This document shows, one piece after another, positions 1 to 10,534 of a stretch of 64,000 bases of DNA (position 1 is the first letter of the stretch; each line of letters starts with the position of its first letter). Made by a program: the position numbers and the translations under genes. The notes under the pieces were generated by a model, which did no database searches, was not told where the DNA came from, and saw only the letters and a list, made by a program, of their open reading frames with translations. Source of the DNA: Candidatus Poribacteria bacterium (lineage in GTDB: Bacteria > Poribacteria > WGA-4E > JAJDTR01); contig CBDCTK010000002.1 in the NCBI GenBank assembly GCA_965222225.1, positions 96,001-160,000 on the forward strand, given 5' to 3'.

Positions 1-2005
1 AGTTATTTGACCGTCAAGGCGGCAGGCGCAAACTCATCATCTTTACTGAGTACCGTGACACCCTCAGTTACCTGAGCGACCGCATCCAAACCCTTATTGG
101 TCGCCCGGAGGCTGTTGTCACGATTCACGGGGGCATCGGGCGCGAAGACCGGCGAAAGATCCAAGAGAAATTTGTCCACGACCCTAACTTGTGTTAATTC
201 TACTCGCAACCGATGCCGCGGGTGAGGGAATAAACTTGCCACGCGCCCACCTGATGGTCAATTACGACCTACCTTGGAATCCAAATCGGGTAGAGCAGCG
301 GTTCGGGCGCATCCACCGCATCGGTCAGACGGAGGTCTGCCATCTTTGGAACCTTGTAGCTTCAGAAACCCGCGAGGGGGATGTGTTTCACACGCTGCTT
401 CGAAAATTGGAGCAGCAACGGGAGTCCTTGGGCGGCGCGGTATTCGATGTGTTGGGCAAGTGTTTCACCGACACACCTCTGCGATCACTGCTCTTAGGAG
501 CTATTCGGTACGGCGACCAACCGGAGATTAGGGCGCGACTGACACAGAATATCGACAGCGCGCTTGATCGGGAGCATCTGCGGGAATTGATTGAGAAACG
601 TGCCTTAACCCACGGAATAATTGACACCACGCGCCTAAACCGCATCCGCGAAGAGATGGAGCGCGCCGAAGCCCGTCGATTGCAACCGCACTACATCTCA
701 TCCTTTTTCCGGGAAGCCTTTGCGTTGCTTGGCGGGAGGCTACAGGAGCGAGAATCAAAACGCTACCAACTTACGCATGTGCCGGCATCCATTCGCAATC
801 GCGACCGTGTCATCGGCGTCGGCGAGCCGGTGCTGACTCAATACGAGCGTATCGCCTTTGAAAAAGACCTCCTCGCAGTTCAGGGGAAGCCGTTGGCAGC
901 CTTCGTTTGTCCGGGGCACCCGTTGCTTGATTCGACGCTGGATCTCATTCTAGAACGCCACCGCGATCTCCTCAAGCGGGGCGCGGTGTTGGTCGATCCG
1001 CAAGGACAGAGCGACGATATTCGTGTATTGTTCTACCTTGAGCACAAAATCCAAGATGGTAGAGTCCATCCCGATGGCACCCGGTGGATTGTGTCACGGC
1101 AAATGCAGTTTCTTGAGATTGATGAGGATAACAGGGTTCGTCAGCCGGGATATGCGCCTTACCTCGACTACCGCCCGATAACTGATGACGAGCGCCAGCT
1201 TGTAACGACCGTGCTGGAAGCTGGTTGGCTAAGCGGCAGTCCGCAGTCGCAGATTATCGGGTATGCTGTGGAACACCTCATTCCGGAGCACCTCAGCGAC
1301 GTCAAAGCACACAAAGAGGAACTCGTTCAGAAAACGTTGGGAGCGGTTAGGGATCGACTCACGAAAGAGATTAACTATTGGGATCATCGGGCGCACCAAC
1401 TGAAACGAGACGAAGAAACTGGAAGACGCAACGCACGAATCAATGCGGGGCTAGCGAGGCAACGTGCCGATGATTTGACTGCTAGGCTTGAAAGGCGAAT
1501 GGAGGAGCTTGAGCGGGAACGTCAAATCTCCTCGTTACCTCCGGTCCCCATCGGCGGGGCGCTTGTCGTGCCGCAAGCCACCTTCGATCGGTTAAGCGGA
1601 GAGACAAATACTTCCGTCGAAACCTCGGACCGTGAGCGGATTGATCGGTTGGCGGTGGCTGCCGTTATGGAAGCGGAACGCGGACTTGGGCGGGAGCCGA
1701 GAGAGATGGCACATGAGAATCCCGGTTATGACATTGAGTCCAAGGATCCGAGCGGCAACAGACTGCTGTTCATTGAGGTTAAGGGAAAAGCGGTTGGTTC
1801 GACCACGCTCACCGCTTCCAAGACGCAAATCCTAACGGCGCTCAACAAACCCGACTCGTTCATCGCTATCGTGCTGGTAGACGGCGATTCTGCCAACGGA
1901 CCGCGCTATGTCCGACAACCGTTTGAAAAAGAACCGGATTTTGCCGCGACAAGCGTCAATTGTGAACTCAGTGAGCTACTCGCCCGCTCCGAACCGCCGA
2001 ATTAG
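1..2005 (+). pseudogene. SNF2-family helicase C-terminal half with C-terminal DUF3883 (PD-(D/E)xK-like) domain; 5'-truncated by the window edge, frameshifted at ~189-192
   Basis: Frame from nt 3 reads KLIIFTEYRDTL...IHGG...QEKFVHDPN then TAA at 195-197. Helicase motifs resume in another frame at 191 (LLATDAAGEGINL...NYDLPWNPNRVEQRFGRIHRIGQ). C-terminal GYDIES...FIEVKG. Confidence 0.8.
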
Positions 2006-2193
2006 CTTTTGCGGTTACGGTTGCTAGTTTAATGGGACAGCGCAAATCGACACCCATCCCGTCAAAGTGTAGGTTTTCCGACAGAGACAAATCGACAAAT
2101 TCAGATTTGACGGTATCATTTAACGAGATGGCTTCCATCGGAATTATCTAATGCTCGTGACGTTTCCAAAATTTCAGAAATGATGCTTATATA

Positions 2194-3165
2194 ACCAATG
2201 GTGCTAGTTTGAAATTTGGAGGTTAATAAGCATAACATTCCCTTTTGGCTTTGCTTTAACGCGAAAGGTATCAGGGCATGAGACGATTTCCTCGATTCTA
2301 CCGTTAATTTGAGTATCGGTAGCTATCAAATAACGGGAGGAAATCTAGACTCATGACCATAGTAGATTTTATCACAGAACTGTTTTGTTGTGTTGATGAT
2401 AAACTCTCACAGCACGGTAAAAACCATAAGCATAGCCAAGCCAAACTTTACCCGTCTGAAGTGGTTACCATTGCCATGCTCTTTGCGCTCAAGGGTGTGG
2501 GTAATCGAGCCTCCTATCGCTGGATAGCGAACAATTTCAAATCCTTATTTCCGATGTTACCCGAGCGTACCCGATTGTTCCGCTTATTCGACGGGCATCA
2601 ACATCTCATTGACGTTTTTATGGCGAATCCTTCGCTTATCGGTGGAATTGACACGTACGGTATTGAATTGATTCACCCGCGCCGAGAAGGGCGCTCTAAA
2701 CGTCAAATCGGACGCAAAGGCATTTCCAACCAACGATGGATTGTAGGTGGAAAACTTTGCTTGCTACACAATCATCTCGGACTGATTGTCAACTGGGACT
2801 GCGACACTGCCAATGTACATGATGGGAGTGCCTTCCAACATCTCGTTGATGGGGTCAGTGACCAGATGGTTGTTTTTGCCGATGTAAATTTCGCCAAAGC
2901 GGATTGGTTCCCTTCCAACTTGCGTCTGTGCCGACGTGGCGAGTGGAATTCTCGGATGCTGGTAGAAACGATTTTGTCCATGTTGACGCTAGTGTGCCAT
3001 TTTAAGAAAGTCATGCACCGTCGTTGGAGTTACTTCAAAACGCGAGTCGGCTTTACAATGGCTTTGTTCAATCTCTTGGTACAGTGGAATGGATTGTCGA
3101 TTGACGACGATGGCTTTGTGCCTCTGTCAATAGCTCAATTCAGTCTCTAAACTAGCACCAAAGGT
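2194..3165 (+). mobile_element. IS982-family-like insertion sequence (972 bp)
   Basis: Imperfect 17-bp TIRs ACCAATGGTGCTAGTTT (2194-2210) and AAACTAGCACCAAAGGT (3149-3165); TATATA on both flanks (2188-2193, 3166-3171); single transposase ORF. Confidence 0.85.
2353..3150 (+). CDS. DDE transposase (IS982-like)
   Basis: KLYPSEVVT and FPMLPERTRLFR N-terminal motifs; candidate D-D-E in IDTY / FAD / RMLVET; stop codon lies inside the right TIR. Confidence 0.85.
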   Translation: MTIVDFITELFCCVDDKLSQHGKNHKHSQAKLYPSEVVTIAMLFALKGVGNRASYRWIANNFKSLFPMLPERTRLFRLFDGHQHLIDVFMANPSLIGGIDTYGIELIHPRREGRSKRQIGRKGISNQRWIVGGKLCLLHNHLGLIVNWDCDTANVHDGSAFQHLVDGVSDQMVVFADVNFAKADWFPSNLRLCRRGEWNSRMLVETILSMLTLVCHFKKVMHRRWSYFKTRVGFTMALFNLLVQWNGLSIDDDGFVPLSIAQFSL

Positions 3166-3390
3166 TATATACGAACACCCAACCGGTAAGTCTGCGACAG
3201 AATCCCTTTTAGAGAATTTGGGGTGTAATGGAATCCTCTATATGCAGCTTAAACCCCTTAATCTTGCCTGCATAGCCTTTACATGTTACAATAACGAGGC
3301 GTGGGAGAGTCGCTGTGACTAACAGACGGATAGTATTGTGATATCAGGAAGTTTAAGCGAGATAGAATACTTAACTGAGCCTAGAAAACC

Positions 3391-6300
3391 ATGACTGTAC
3401 TCGAATTTGTACTCATCGCCTACAAGGAAATAGGCACCGCTGCTTCAATCGTTGGTGGAGTCGACTCGGCACTAAGGCGCTTCTGCAAATGTACAGCAGA
3501 GGGCCTTTTTAAGAAATGCTTTGTTGCTGCTGTAAGGCGAAACGCATCAAACCTGGCTAATCTCACTGCGACTGCAGATCCAAAATCCGTTGAAGTAGAC
3601 GACCAAATCCTCAAGTGCCGGATTGTCTCGCTTAAGGATATTGAGATCTCGACTATAACGTCGCTGGAAGAAGAGGAAAGACTCGCAAAAATTACCGCCC
3701 TCTTTCGCGACTGCATCATTCTACCCGGTCACCAATTGACAGATTTCAATCTTGACCAGAGAATTCGGCCTGTTCTTGCAGAGACCATCGCTGATTTCTA
3801 TAATCAACTGCCGTTTAATCAAGGCGCGTTCAATCAGATTATCCTTGAATTTATCCAAAATATCAACACCAATCAGTCAGAATCACGCGCACTGTTTGAG
3901 GCCTTCTTGGAAGAATTCGAGAAGGCGAAATTAGAAGTTCAGGAACGTTTAATCGAATACACCCGAGCCATTAAGAATGACACCGACGAGATTAAGGAAA
4001 CGACCCAAGCAAACCTTGATTTAAACCGAGAAATAAGCGCACAATTCGCCGTCCTTTCAACGCAGGTGCAGGGCCTTTCAAGCAACCACTCTAATGTTAG
4101 TATACCGGAGGCCGTTGCAGCAGAACGTCAACCAGAAATAGACAATGCACGGGATTTACTCAGGCAACGTAGACCTGCTGCCGCTCTGGAGCTATTGGAA
4201 AAACTAAAGCAACGTATCTGGACAGACGCTTCGTTGAGTACAAGATTCCGCATTCTAACAAATATTGGGGCAGCTAAACTTGCTCTCAATAGGGAACACG
4301 AGGCGGCAATGTTGCTGCTTAAAGCATTCCAATATAATCCAGAAGAGGAAAAAGCCATTTCTAATCGTGCTTTGGCTCATTTCTTACTGGGAGAAGTTGA
4401 GGAGGCAGCGCGCTTTGCGAAAAAGACACTGGAACAGAATCCAGCGAACATAGATGCCTATGTTGTTCTCGTTGGTGTCTCGGCGGACGTAGAAACGCTT
4501 CAAGACATTATCGCTAACGTCCCCGAATATTTACGGGAATCGCCGCAGATTGCTCAGGCAATCAGCGAAATAGCTAGACAACGCAAGGATTTTGAACAAG
4601 CGATAAAATGGGGCGAAACGTCGGTGAGTCGTGCTCAAGACGGGGTGGCTAATTATCAAGCTGCGCTGGCAAGAATCTTGGTTGAGCAGATATTGAATGA
4701 CCGCTCCGCCATTTTAACTCAACAGCTTGACGATTCTCGTAAGGAAAGGTTGAAGCGAGCTGTTGAACTTTTTACGGAAGCATGGAATAGCGTAGATAAT
4801 ACTGAAATGCGCACGGTTGAAACGGATTGGATTATCTGGAAAAGCACAGCACTTGACCTTCTTGGAGAGTACTCTGCGGCGATTGAGGCCATCAACACAG
4901 CCATCCAGATTGAACCTGATTACCTTGTCCTATTTATGAAGCGGGCATTGTTAGCCTTTAAACAGGAAGATTATTGTGGTTGCATTGGATTCTTGGAAAC
5001 AATCCAGTCGGCTCCGGAAACCCCTGAAGCTCCCATCTTGCTTGCCAATATCCTATTGGTTGTTGAACGCTTAGAAGAAGCCATTACGAAACTCAATGAC
5101 TTCTTGATGACAGATCCAAAAACGCCACTTCGAGAAGAGGCAAATCGCTTACTGATTAAGGTGTACGTTGCTCATGGGGATTTTGACAAGGCACGAGAAA
5201 TCTCTGCAACCATGCGAGAATCTTCGCCAACGAGCGTGCCGTTCCTTATTGATGCTGCTAGGATTGCTATAGCAACTGGCAATCGCGATGAAGCGCTGTC
5301 GCTGCTTGAAGAAGCATACGGCTATGCCGGAAGCAGTGAAGTATTCCAAGAGATTTCGGAATTGGCCAACGAACTTTTCAACTATAAAGAATTTAACAAA
5401 GCCGCGACACTGTACGAAAAAATCGCCGACACGCGCCTGAACTCCCAATGGACACGGATTCTACTTGAGAGTTATTATCACTCGGGGGAAAGAAAAAAGA
5501 CGCTTGAGATTTGTCAATCCCTTCGCGAGAAGTACGGGCCACTTGAGAAAGTAACCGCAATGGAGTTCCTGATCTACGACGAAATCGGCGATATGAATCA
5601 GGCTCGGGCAGTGGGCGAGATGTATGTCAACGCATTTCCAAGCGATATTGAGATGCAAATCCGTCTTGCTGTTGTCTACTCCTGCTCTAACAACATTAGC
5701 GAACTTGATTGTGTTTTAGATAAGTCATTTGACCTCGAAAGTCTCACTTTGCGATCGTATTTCGACCTTGCTCATTTGTATCAAATCAGATCTAAACCGC
5801 AAAGAGCGTTAGACATTATGTACGAGGCGCGAAGAAGGAATTATGCTAATGAAGAAGCGCACCTGAAATACATCGGATCATTCTTGCAAGTCGACAAGCA
5901 AATAGGTGAATTGCTTGATCCTAATGAGGTTCAGCCCGGAACGGCTGTGTGCCTCGAAAATGCCGGTCAAACGAACTGGTATATCGTTGAAGAGCGCGAG
6001 AATGCACACCTCGAACGCAAAGAACTTAACGTCGATCACCCGCTAGCTCAACGGCTACTTGGCAAAACGGTAAATGACAAAGTGTGTCTTCAGCAAAACC
6101 TCGTCAGCCAACAGACTGGAAAAATCACCGAAATCAAGAGTAAATATGTCTACGCATATCAGGACAGTCTACGTACAATACCTGAACTATTTCCAGATGT
6201 CACAGGGTTTGGCGTGATAAAATTAGACGAATCTCCCGAGACCGATGATTCAGAGAAGATACGGCCGATATTAGACTTTCTTGACCGGCAAGACGAAACT

Positions 6301-7425
6301 TCGCGCCAAATGGAAGAATTTCACAAAGAACATGCGTCGCCGATTGGTACCTTTATGAGTTGCACAGGGCGCGATTTCTTAGATATGTGGAGCTTCCTGA
6401 TGAACAAACCTGACTTGGGCATAAGGTGTAGTGCGGGAGATCTTGAAGAAAGTATACAGGCGCATAACTTGCTTGAAAATCCAGTGTCCAAAATCATCGT
6501 CGACCCCATCTCACTTCTGACCATACATCGCCTAGGAGCCGCCGATACCGTCGTCAGAGCATTTGGAAAACTCGGGATCGCACAATCGACCATTGACGAA
6601 CTTCAGTATATCATCAATGAAAGAGAAGGAATGTGGTCGGAACGGGAGCATATGAATGTCGGGAAAGAAGGAGACCGTTATGTAAAATCTGTCATCACCC
6701 CGGAGGCAGTTAGAAGAGATATTGAAGACCTAAAAGGCATCGTCAATTGGATTTGGGGAAATTGTGATATTCTGCCATGCAGCGCTGCACTAGAGATAAA
6801 CCATCATTCCAGACAGAAACTCAATGATTTATTTCAAGCAGTTTTTATTGATACTCTCCTAATCTCAAGTGAGCCTGGATACTTGCTCCTATCGGACGAT
6901 GAACGGCTCAGATCCTACGCAAAAACAAACTTTAGTGTGGACGCGGGCACAAACTTGCGTGTTGACGGCGTCTGGACACAAGCTGTGTTGGAACACTGTG
7001 TCAATGAACATCTCTTGGATAAGGCCGAGTATGACAAGATGATAATCAAGTTAGTGTGCTCTCACTACTATCATACGGTATTTGATGCGGACGTGCTAAT
7101 GGAAGCAGCAGAACAATCGAACTGGATTCCTTCTGAACCGTACACTACGTTAGTACAAACACTCGCAGATCAGGATGCCCTTCATTGTTCAGCACTAGAT
7201 GTCGCTGCTAATTTTCTCTATCGACTATGGACAAAACCGATACTGCCCTGTGTTCCGGATCATCTGACTTTGGCATTATTGGATGGGCTTACCTCGGGGC
7301 AGAGGACCCAGACAGTCTTGAAACCTTTTATAAAGAGGCTTCACACGAGACTTTCACTGTACCCCTCGGCTAAACAAGATATTTTTTCTCTGATTGAGGC
7401 CTATGTTTGGACCCGTCCGATCTAG
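3391..7425 (+). CDS. TPR-repeat / GreA/GreB C-terminal-like / PIN-domain protein (putative conflict/defence effector)
   Basis: Many TPR repeats (aa ~245-830); HPLAQRLLGKTVNDKV resembles the GreA C-terminal SPxxxALLGKxxGD motif; PIN-like IIVDPISLL...LLLSDDERLR. Confidence 0.8.
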   Translation: MTVLEFVLIAYKEIGTAASIVGGVDSALRRFCKCTAEGLFKKCFVAAVRRNASNLANLTATADPKSVEVDDQILKCRIVSLKDIEISTITSLEEEERLAKITALFRDCIILPGHQLTDFNLDQRIRPVLAETIADFYNQLPFNQGAFNQIILEFIQNINTNQSESRALFEAFLEEFEKAKLEVQERLIEYTRAIKNDTDEIKETTQANLDLNREISAQFAVLSTQVQGLSSNHSNVSIPEAVAAERQPEIDNARDLLRQRRPAAALELLEKLKQRIWTDASLSTRFRILTNIGAAKLALNREHEAAMLLLKAFQYNPEEEKAISNRALAHFLLGEVEEAARFAKKTLEQNPANIDAYVVLVGVSADVETLQDIIANVPEYLRESPQIAQAISEIARQRKDFEQAIKWGETSVSRAQDGVANYQAALARILVEQILNDRSAILTQQLDDSRKERLKRAVELFTEAWNSVDNTEMRTVETDWIIWKSTALDLLGEYSAAIEAINTAIQIEPDYLVLFMKRALLAFKQEDYCGCIGFLETIQSAPETPEAPILLANILLVVERLEEAITKLNDFLMTDPKTPLREEANRLLIKVYVAHGDFDKAREISATMRESSPTSVPFLIDAARIAIATGNRDEALSLLEEAYGYAGSSEVFQEISELANELFNYKEFNKAATLYEKIADTRLNSQWTRILLESYYHSGERKKTLEICQSLREKYGPLEKVTAMEFLIYDEIGDMNQARAVGEMYVNAFPSDIEMQIRLAVVYSCSNNISELDCVLDKSFDLESLTLRSYFDLAHLYQIRSKPQRALDIMYEARRRNYANEEAHLKYIGSFLQVDKQIGELLDPNEVQPGTAVCLENAGQTNWYIVEERENAHLERKELNVDHPLAQRLLGKTVNDKVCLQQNLVSQQTGKITEIKSKYVYAYQDSLRTIPELFPDVTGFGVIKLDESPETDDSEKIRPILDFLDRQDETSRQMEEFHKEHASPIGTFMSCTGRDFLDMWSFLMNKPDLGIRCSAGDLEESIQAHNLLENPVSKIIVDPISLLTIHRLGAADTVVRAFGKLGIAQSTIDELQYIINEREGMWSEREHMNVGKEGDRYVKSVITPEAVRRDIEDLKGIVNWIWGNCDILPCSAALEINHHSRQKLNDLFQAVFIDTLLISSEPGYLLLSDDERLRSYAKTNFSVDAGTNLRVDGVWTQAVLEHCVNEHLLDKAEYDKMIIKLVCSHYYHTVFDADVLMEAAEQSNWIPSEPYTTLVQTLADQDALHCSALDVAANFLYRLWTKPILPCVPDHLTLALLDGLTSGQRTQTVLKPFIKRLHTRLSLYPSAKQDIFSLIEAYVWTRPI

Positions 7426-7437
7426 AAAAAGAAGTGA

Positions 7438-7662
7438 TTGACATCAATCTGACCGTTGAACTAACAACCGATCAGGTTGTGGATTTTGTTCAGCAGATGC
7501 CACCTGAAAAGAGGTAAACGCTGCTGCTTACCATTGTAGAGCAGGCAGCGGCGAATGGAACGGCACGTATGGCGCGTGCCGAATTACAGTTTCGGCAGTT
7601 ACGTGCAGCGCAAGGGATGAATTGGGACACAATGACCGAACCAGAACGCGAAAACTTCGTTA
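7438..7662 (+). pseudogene. Broken copy of the small 85-aa gene at 15284
   Basis: Clear DNA similarity to 15278-15500 (NLTVELTTDQVV...GMNWD..T..ERENxV); CAA->TAA at 7515-7517; 3' end replaced by unrelated sequence. Confidence 0.8.
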
Positions 7663-7805
7663 CAGGTTTGTCCGACTCAAACGTTAAGGTAACGATTGAT
7701 ATCGAAGCCACTTTTGGAGACGGCATGCCGGAAGATCTGGAACGCAGCCTAACCGAGAACTGCCGCACCCTAAGATTCAACACACAAGAATTCGAAGACG
7801 AATAG
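7663..7805 (+). pseudogene. C-terminal remnant of a DUF499/Swt1-type ATPase
   Basis: GLSDSNVKVTIDIEATFGDGMPEDLERSLTENCRTLRFNTQEFEDE* matches, from memory, the VTLEIxA...G.P....R..TEN.RTLKF....FE.E C-terminus of this family. Confidence 0.6.
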
Positions 7806-7821
7806 GCTATAGGCGGCGCCT

Positions 7822-7944
7822 CGGGTAAGCGATGCGTCTCCCACTTGGAGTCCAGCCCCCCTGGCAGTTTCATCATCGGGGAGGCTGGTGACACAATGGG
7901 GAGATGTCAAAGAGAGCGCCAAGTTACTCTCAACCGTCAAATGA
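7822..7944 (+). pseudogene. C-terminal remnant of a third TolB-like propeller paralog
   Basis: RVSDASPTWSPAPLAVSSSGRLVTQWGDVK...* aligns with the ends of the ORFs ending at 8975 and 10221. Confidence 0.8.
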
Positions 7945-7958
7945 TAGGAGAATCGAAA

Positions 7959-8975
7959 ATGAGATGCAAATCGCTGGAGAGACACCGGCCCTACGTGCGA
8001 TTTTGTCTGTTTCTTATCGTAGTATGTCTGCTTGCCACATTGGCAGATCTCGCGCTCGCGGTAGAGGGAAAGATTGCTTTCACGTCAAACCGCGACGGCG
8101 AGGAAGCAATCTATATTATGGACGGTGATGGCGGAAATCCATTCAAACTTACTGAAGGATCTAATCCTTCTTGGCTGCCTGACGGGCAGTCAATTAGCTT
8201 TCTCTACGGGGGCGGCCTATGGGTGACTGACCTCAACGGTTCAACTCGGCAGAATCTCACCAAGGGTAGAATCCATTTTTCCTCTCCTGCTGCTTGGTCG
8301 TCCGATGGGAAACAGATTGGCTACTGGGGGAATCTCGCCGGAATCATGGGTGTCTACACGATGAATGCCGATGGACGAGGCTCTCGACTCATAGCAGAAG
8401 GGCTCCTCCTCCACGATGACACGCTGAGTTGGTCTAGTGACGGCAACAGAATCGTCGGCGCGCCGGTGCGGCTGATTAAAAACGGGTTTGGATCGGACAT
8501 AGTCGTGATGAATGCCAACGGTGCCAACGGCATGAACCTTACCAACGACCTGCGTGCCAGGAATATTAACCCTAGTTGGTCACCGAACGGAAAGTACATT
8601 GCATACGTCGCATCGCCCGACCCATTTCGATGGTGGCCGCCGCACAACGTCCACGTGATGAATGCGGACGGAACAAATCCGGTTATGCTTACAAAGGAAG
8701 ACCGATGGGCTTACGAATGGAATCCTACGTGGTCGCCGGACAGCAAGAAAATTGCCTTTGTCAAGCAAACACCGGATGGTTTTCACGACGTCTTTACGAT
8801 GAACGCCGATGGAAGCGAACTTATAAACATCACGCAAACGCATCGGGTAAGCGAGGGGGCTCCCGCATGGAGTCCAGCCCCGCAGGCAGTTTCATCAAGA
8901 GCAAGACTGATAACCCAATGGGGGGATGTCAAACAGGGCACTGGCCTGCACCAGCGCGTCCATAGTGAGGATTGA
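7959..8975 (+). CDS. Secreted TolB-like (PD40) beta-propeller protein with WG-K C-terminal motif
   Basis: AGGAG RBS before ATG 7959; signal peptide; repeated PxWSPDG-IAF blades; tail AVSSRARLITQWGDVK. Confidence 0.85.
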   Translation: MRCKSLERHRPYVRFCLFLIVVCLLATLADLALAVEGKIAFTSNRDGEEAIYIMDGDGGNPFKLTEGSNPSWLPDGQSISFLYGGGLWVTDLNGSTRQNLTKGRIHFSSPAAWSSDGKQIGYWGNLAGIMGVYTMNADGRGSRLIAEGLLLHDDTLSWSSDGNRIVGAPVRLIKNGFGSDIVVMNANGANGMNLTNDLRARNINPSWSPNGKYIAYVASPDPFRWWPPHNVHVMNADGTNPVMLTKEDRWAYEWNPTWSPDSKKIAFVKQTPDGFHDVFTMNADGSELINITQTHRVSEGAPAWSPAPQAVSSRARLITQWGDVKQGTGLHQRVHSED

Positions 8976-9065
8976 TGATAAAACGGACTACGAAAATGTT
9001 AAAATTTGTGATAAAATGTGACATAATGTGATGTAGTTCCGTGTTGGAGACCACTTCCATTCTAG

Positions 9066-9165
9066 ATGTTCTGTCAGTCTCTTATCGTGACCTGCCTTCT
9101 TGCAGTATGGGTAAGTTTAGGACAGGCGATAAACGGGAGAATTGCCTTTACGTTAGACCGAGCAC
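9066..9165 (+). pseudogene. N-terminal remnant of another TolB-like paralog
   Basis: Signal-like LIVTCLLAVWVSLGQA followed by INGRIAFTLDR (compare VEGKIAFTSNR), then similarity ends. Confidence 0.5.
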
Positions 9166-9219
9166 CATGTTGCTCTCAATCGGTGAAAGCCACTATTGGT
9201 AATGAAAGGAGTCCCGAAA

Positions 9220-10221
9220 ATGAGATACAAGCTGCTGGAGAAACAAATGCGCCTTGTGAAATTTGGTCTGTTTCTTATCGTGGTATGTCTGCTTGCCGCA
9301 TCGGCTGATTTCGCGCTTGCGGTTGAAGGAAAGATTGTCTTCACTTCAATGCGTGACGGTGAAAAGGCAATTTACGTCATGGGTGGTGACGGTGGAAGTC
9401 AGTCCAAAGTTGCCGGAGGATCCTATCCTGCCTGGCATCCGGACGGGCAGACAATTAGCTTTCTCTATGAGGGCGATCTATGGGTGACTGACCTCAACGG
9501 TTCAACTCGGCAGAATCTCACCAACGGTAGAATCAATCTTAACTCATGCGTTCCTACCTCTTGGTCGCCCGATGGGAGGCAGATTGCCTACTGGGGGAAT
9601 TCCGATCAAGGCTATGGTGTCTATGCGATTGGTACCAACGGGGGGAACGAACAAATCGTGGAAGCGGGCTGGACCCGTGATGGTAGGGTAAGTTGGTCCC
9701 CTGACGGAAGGAGCATCGCCTATTCGGAGATGAGGCAGTTAGATCCGCCATTCAAACGATTTGGGTCGGATATATTTGTTGTGAATGCCAATGGCAGCAG
9801 TCGCGTAAACTTAACCGTCAACCCGGCTCCAATGAATATCAGCGCCAGTTGGTCTCCAGACGGTAAAAAGATCGCTTACGTCGCATCGCCCAAGCCCTTC
9901 TTATGGCTGCCTCCGCACAACATCCACGTGATGAGTGCGGATGGATCAGATTCGGTTATGCTTACACAGGAAGAACGATGGGGTTACGAATGGAATCCTA
10001 CCTGGTCGCCGGACAGTCGAAGGATTGCGTTTGCCAGACAAACACCTGACGGCTTTAAGGACATCTTTTCGATGAACGCCGATGGAAGCGACCTTAGAAA
10101 CCTCACGCAAACCCACCGCGTAGAAGAGGAGTATCCCGCTTGGAGCCCTGGCGCACAGGCAGTCTCATCGACGGCAAGGCTGGTAACGCAATGGGGAGCG
10201 GTCAAGCAGCCCGGGGACTGA
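9220..10221 (+). CDS. Secreted TolB-like (PD40) beta-propeller protein, paralog 2
   Basis: AAGGAG RBS; same architecture as the 7959 gene; tail AVSSTARLVTQWGAVK. Confidence 0.85.
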   Translation: MRYKLLEKQMRLVKFGLFLIVVCLLAASADFALAVEGKIVFTSMRDGEKAIYVMGGDGGSQSKVAGGSYPAWHPDGQTISFLYEGDLWVTDLNGSTRQNLTNGRINLNSCVPTSWSPDGRQIAYWGNSDQGYGVYAIGTNGGNEQIVEAGWTRDGRVSWSPDGRSIAYSEMRQLDPPFKRFGSDIFVVNANGSSRVNLTVNPAPMNISASWSPDGKKIAYVASPKPFLWLPPHNIHVMSADGSDSVMLTQEERWGYEWNPTWSPDSRRIAFARQTPDGFKDIFSMNADGSDLRNLTQTHRVEEEYPAWSPGAQAVSSTARLVTQWGAVKQPGD

Positions 10222-10534
10222 TTTGAATGGGGGGAGTAGGTTAGAGCGGGCACCCGCTCATCATCTTGATTCATTCCGTGACGAGGCGTGCTATTGTACA
10301 TGCCCTAGCGAGAGGATGGTTCACTGCTTTGGCTACGGACAGCGCGAATCTTTTTGTGGGAGCTCTATCGATCAACCGACTGGACAAGGAGGGATCAAGC
10401 GAATGGATAATGAGCGCGATAGTGAATCCCGATAGAAAATTCGATCGTTGTTCATTCGCTCGATTGTTCCTTCCAAGATAGACAATTACGCACACTGGGC
10501 AACCTTGCCTTTGGACATTGAGTTGGGTGCAAAA

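Noticed and set aside
7569-7805. 78-aa ORF as a genuine gene
   Set aside because: It is a chance fusion of two relics (the small-gene copy and the ATPase tail).
7959-10221. Calling these genes tolB
   Set aside because: No TolB N-terminal domain and no tolQRA/pal context.
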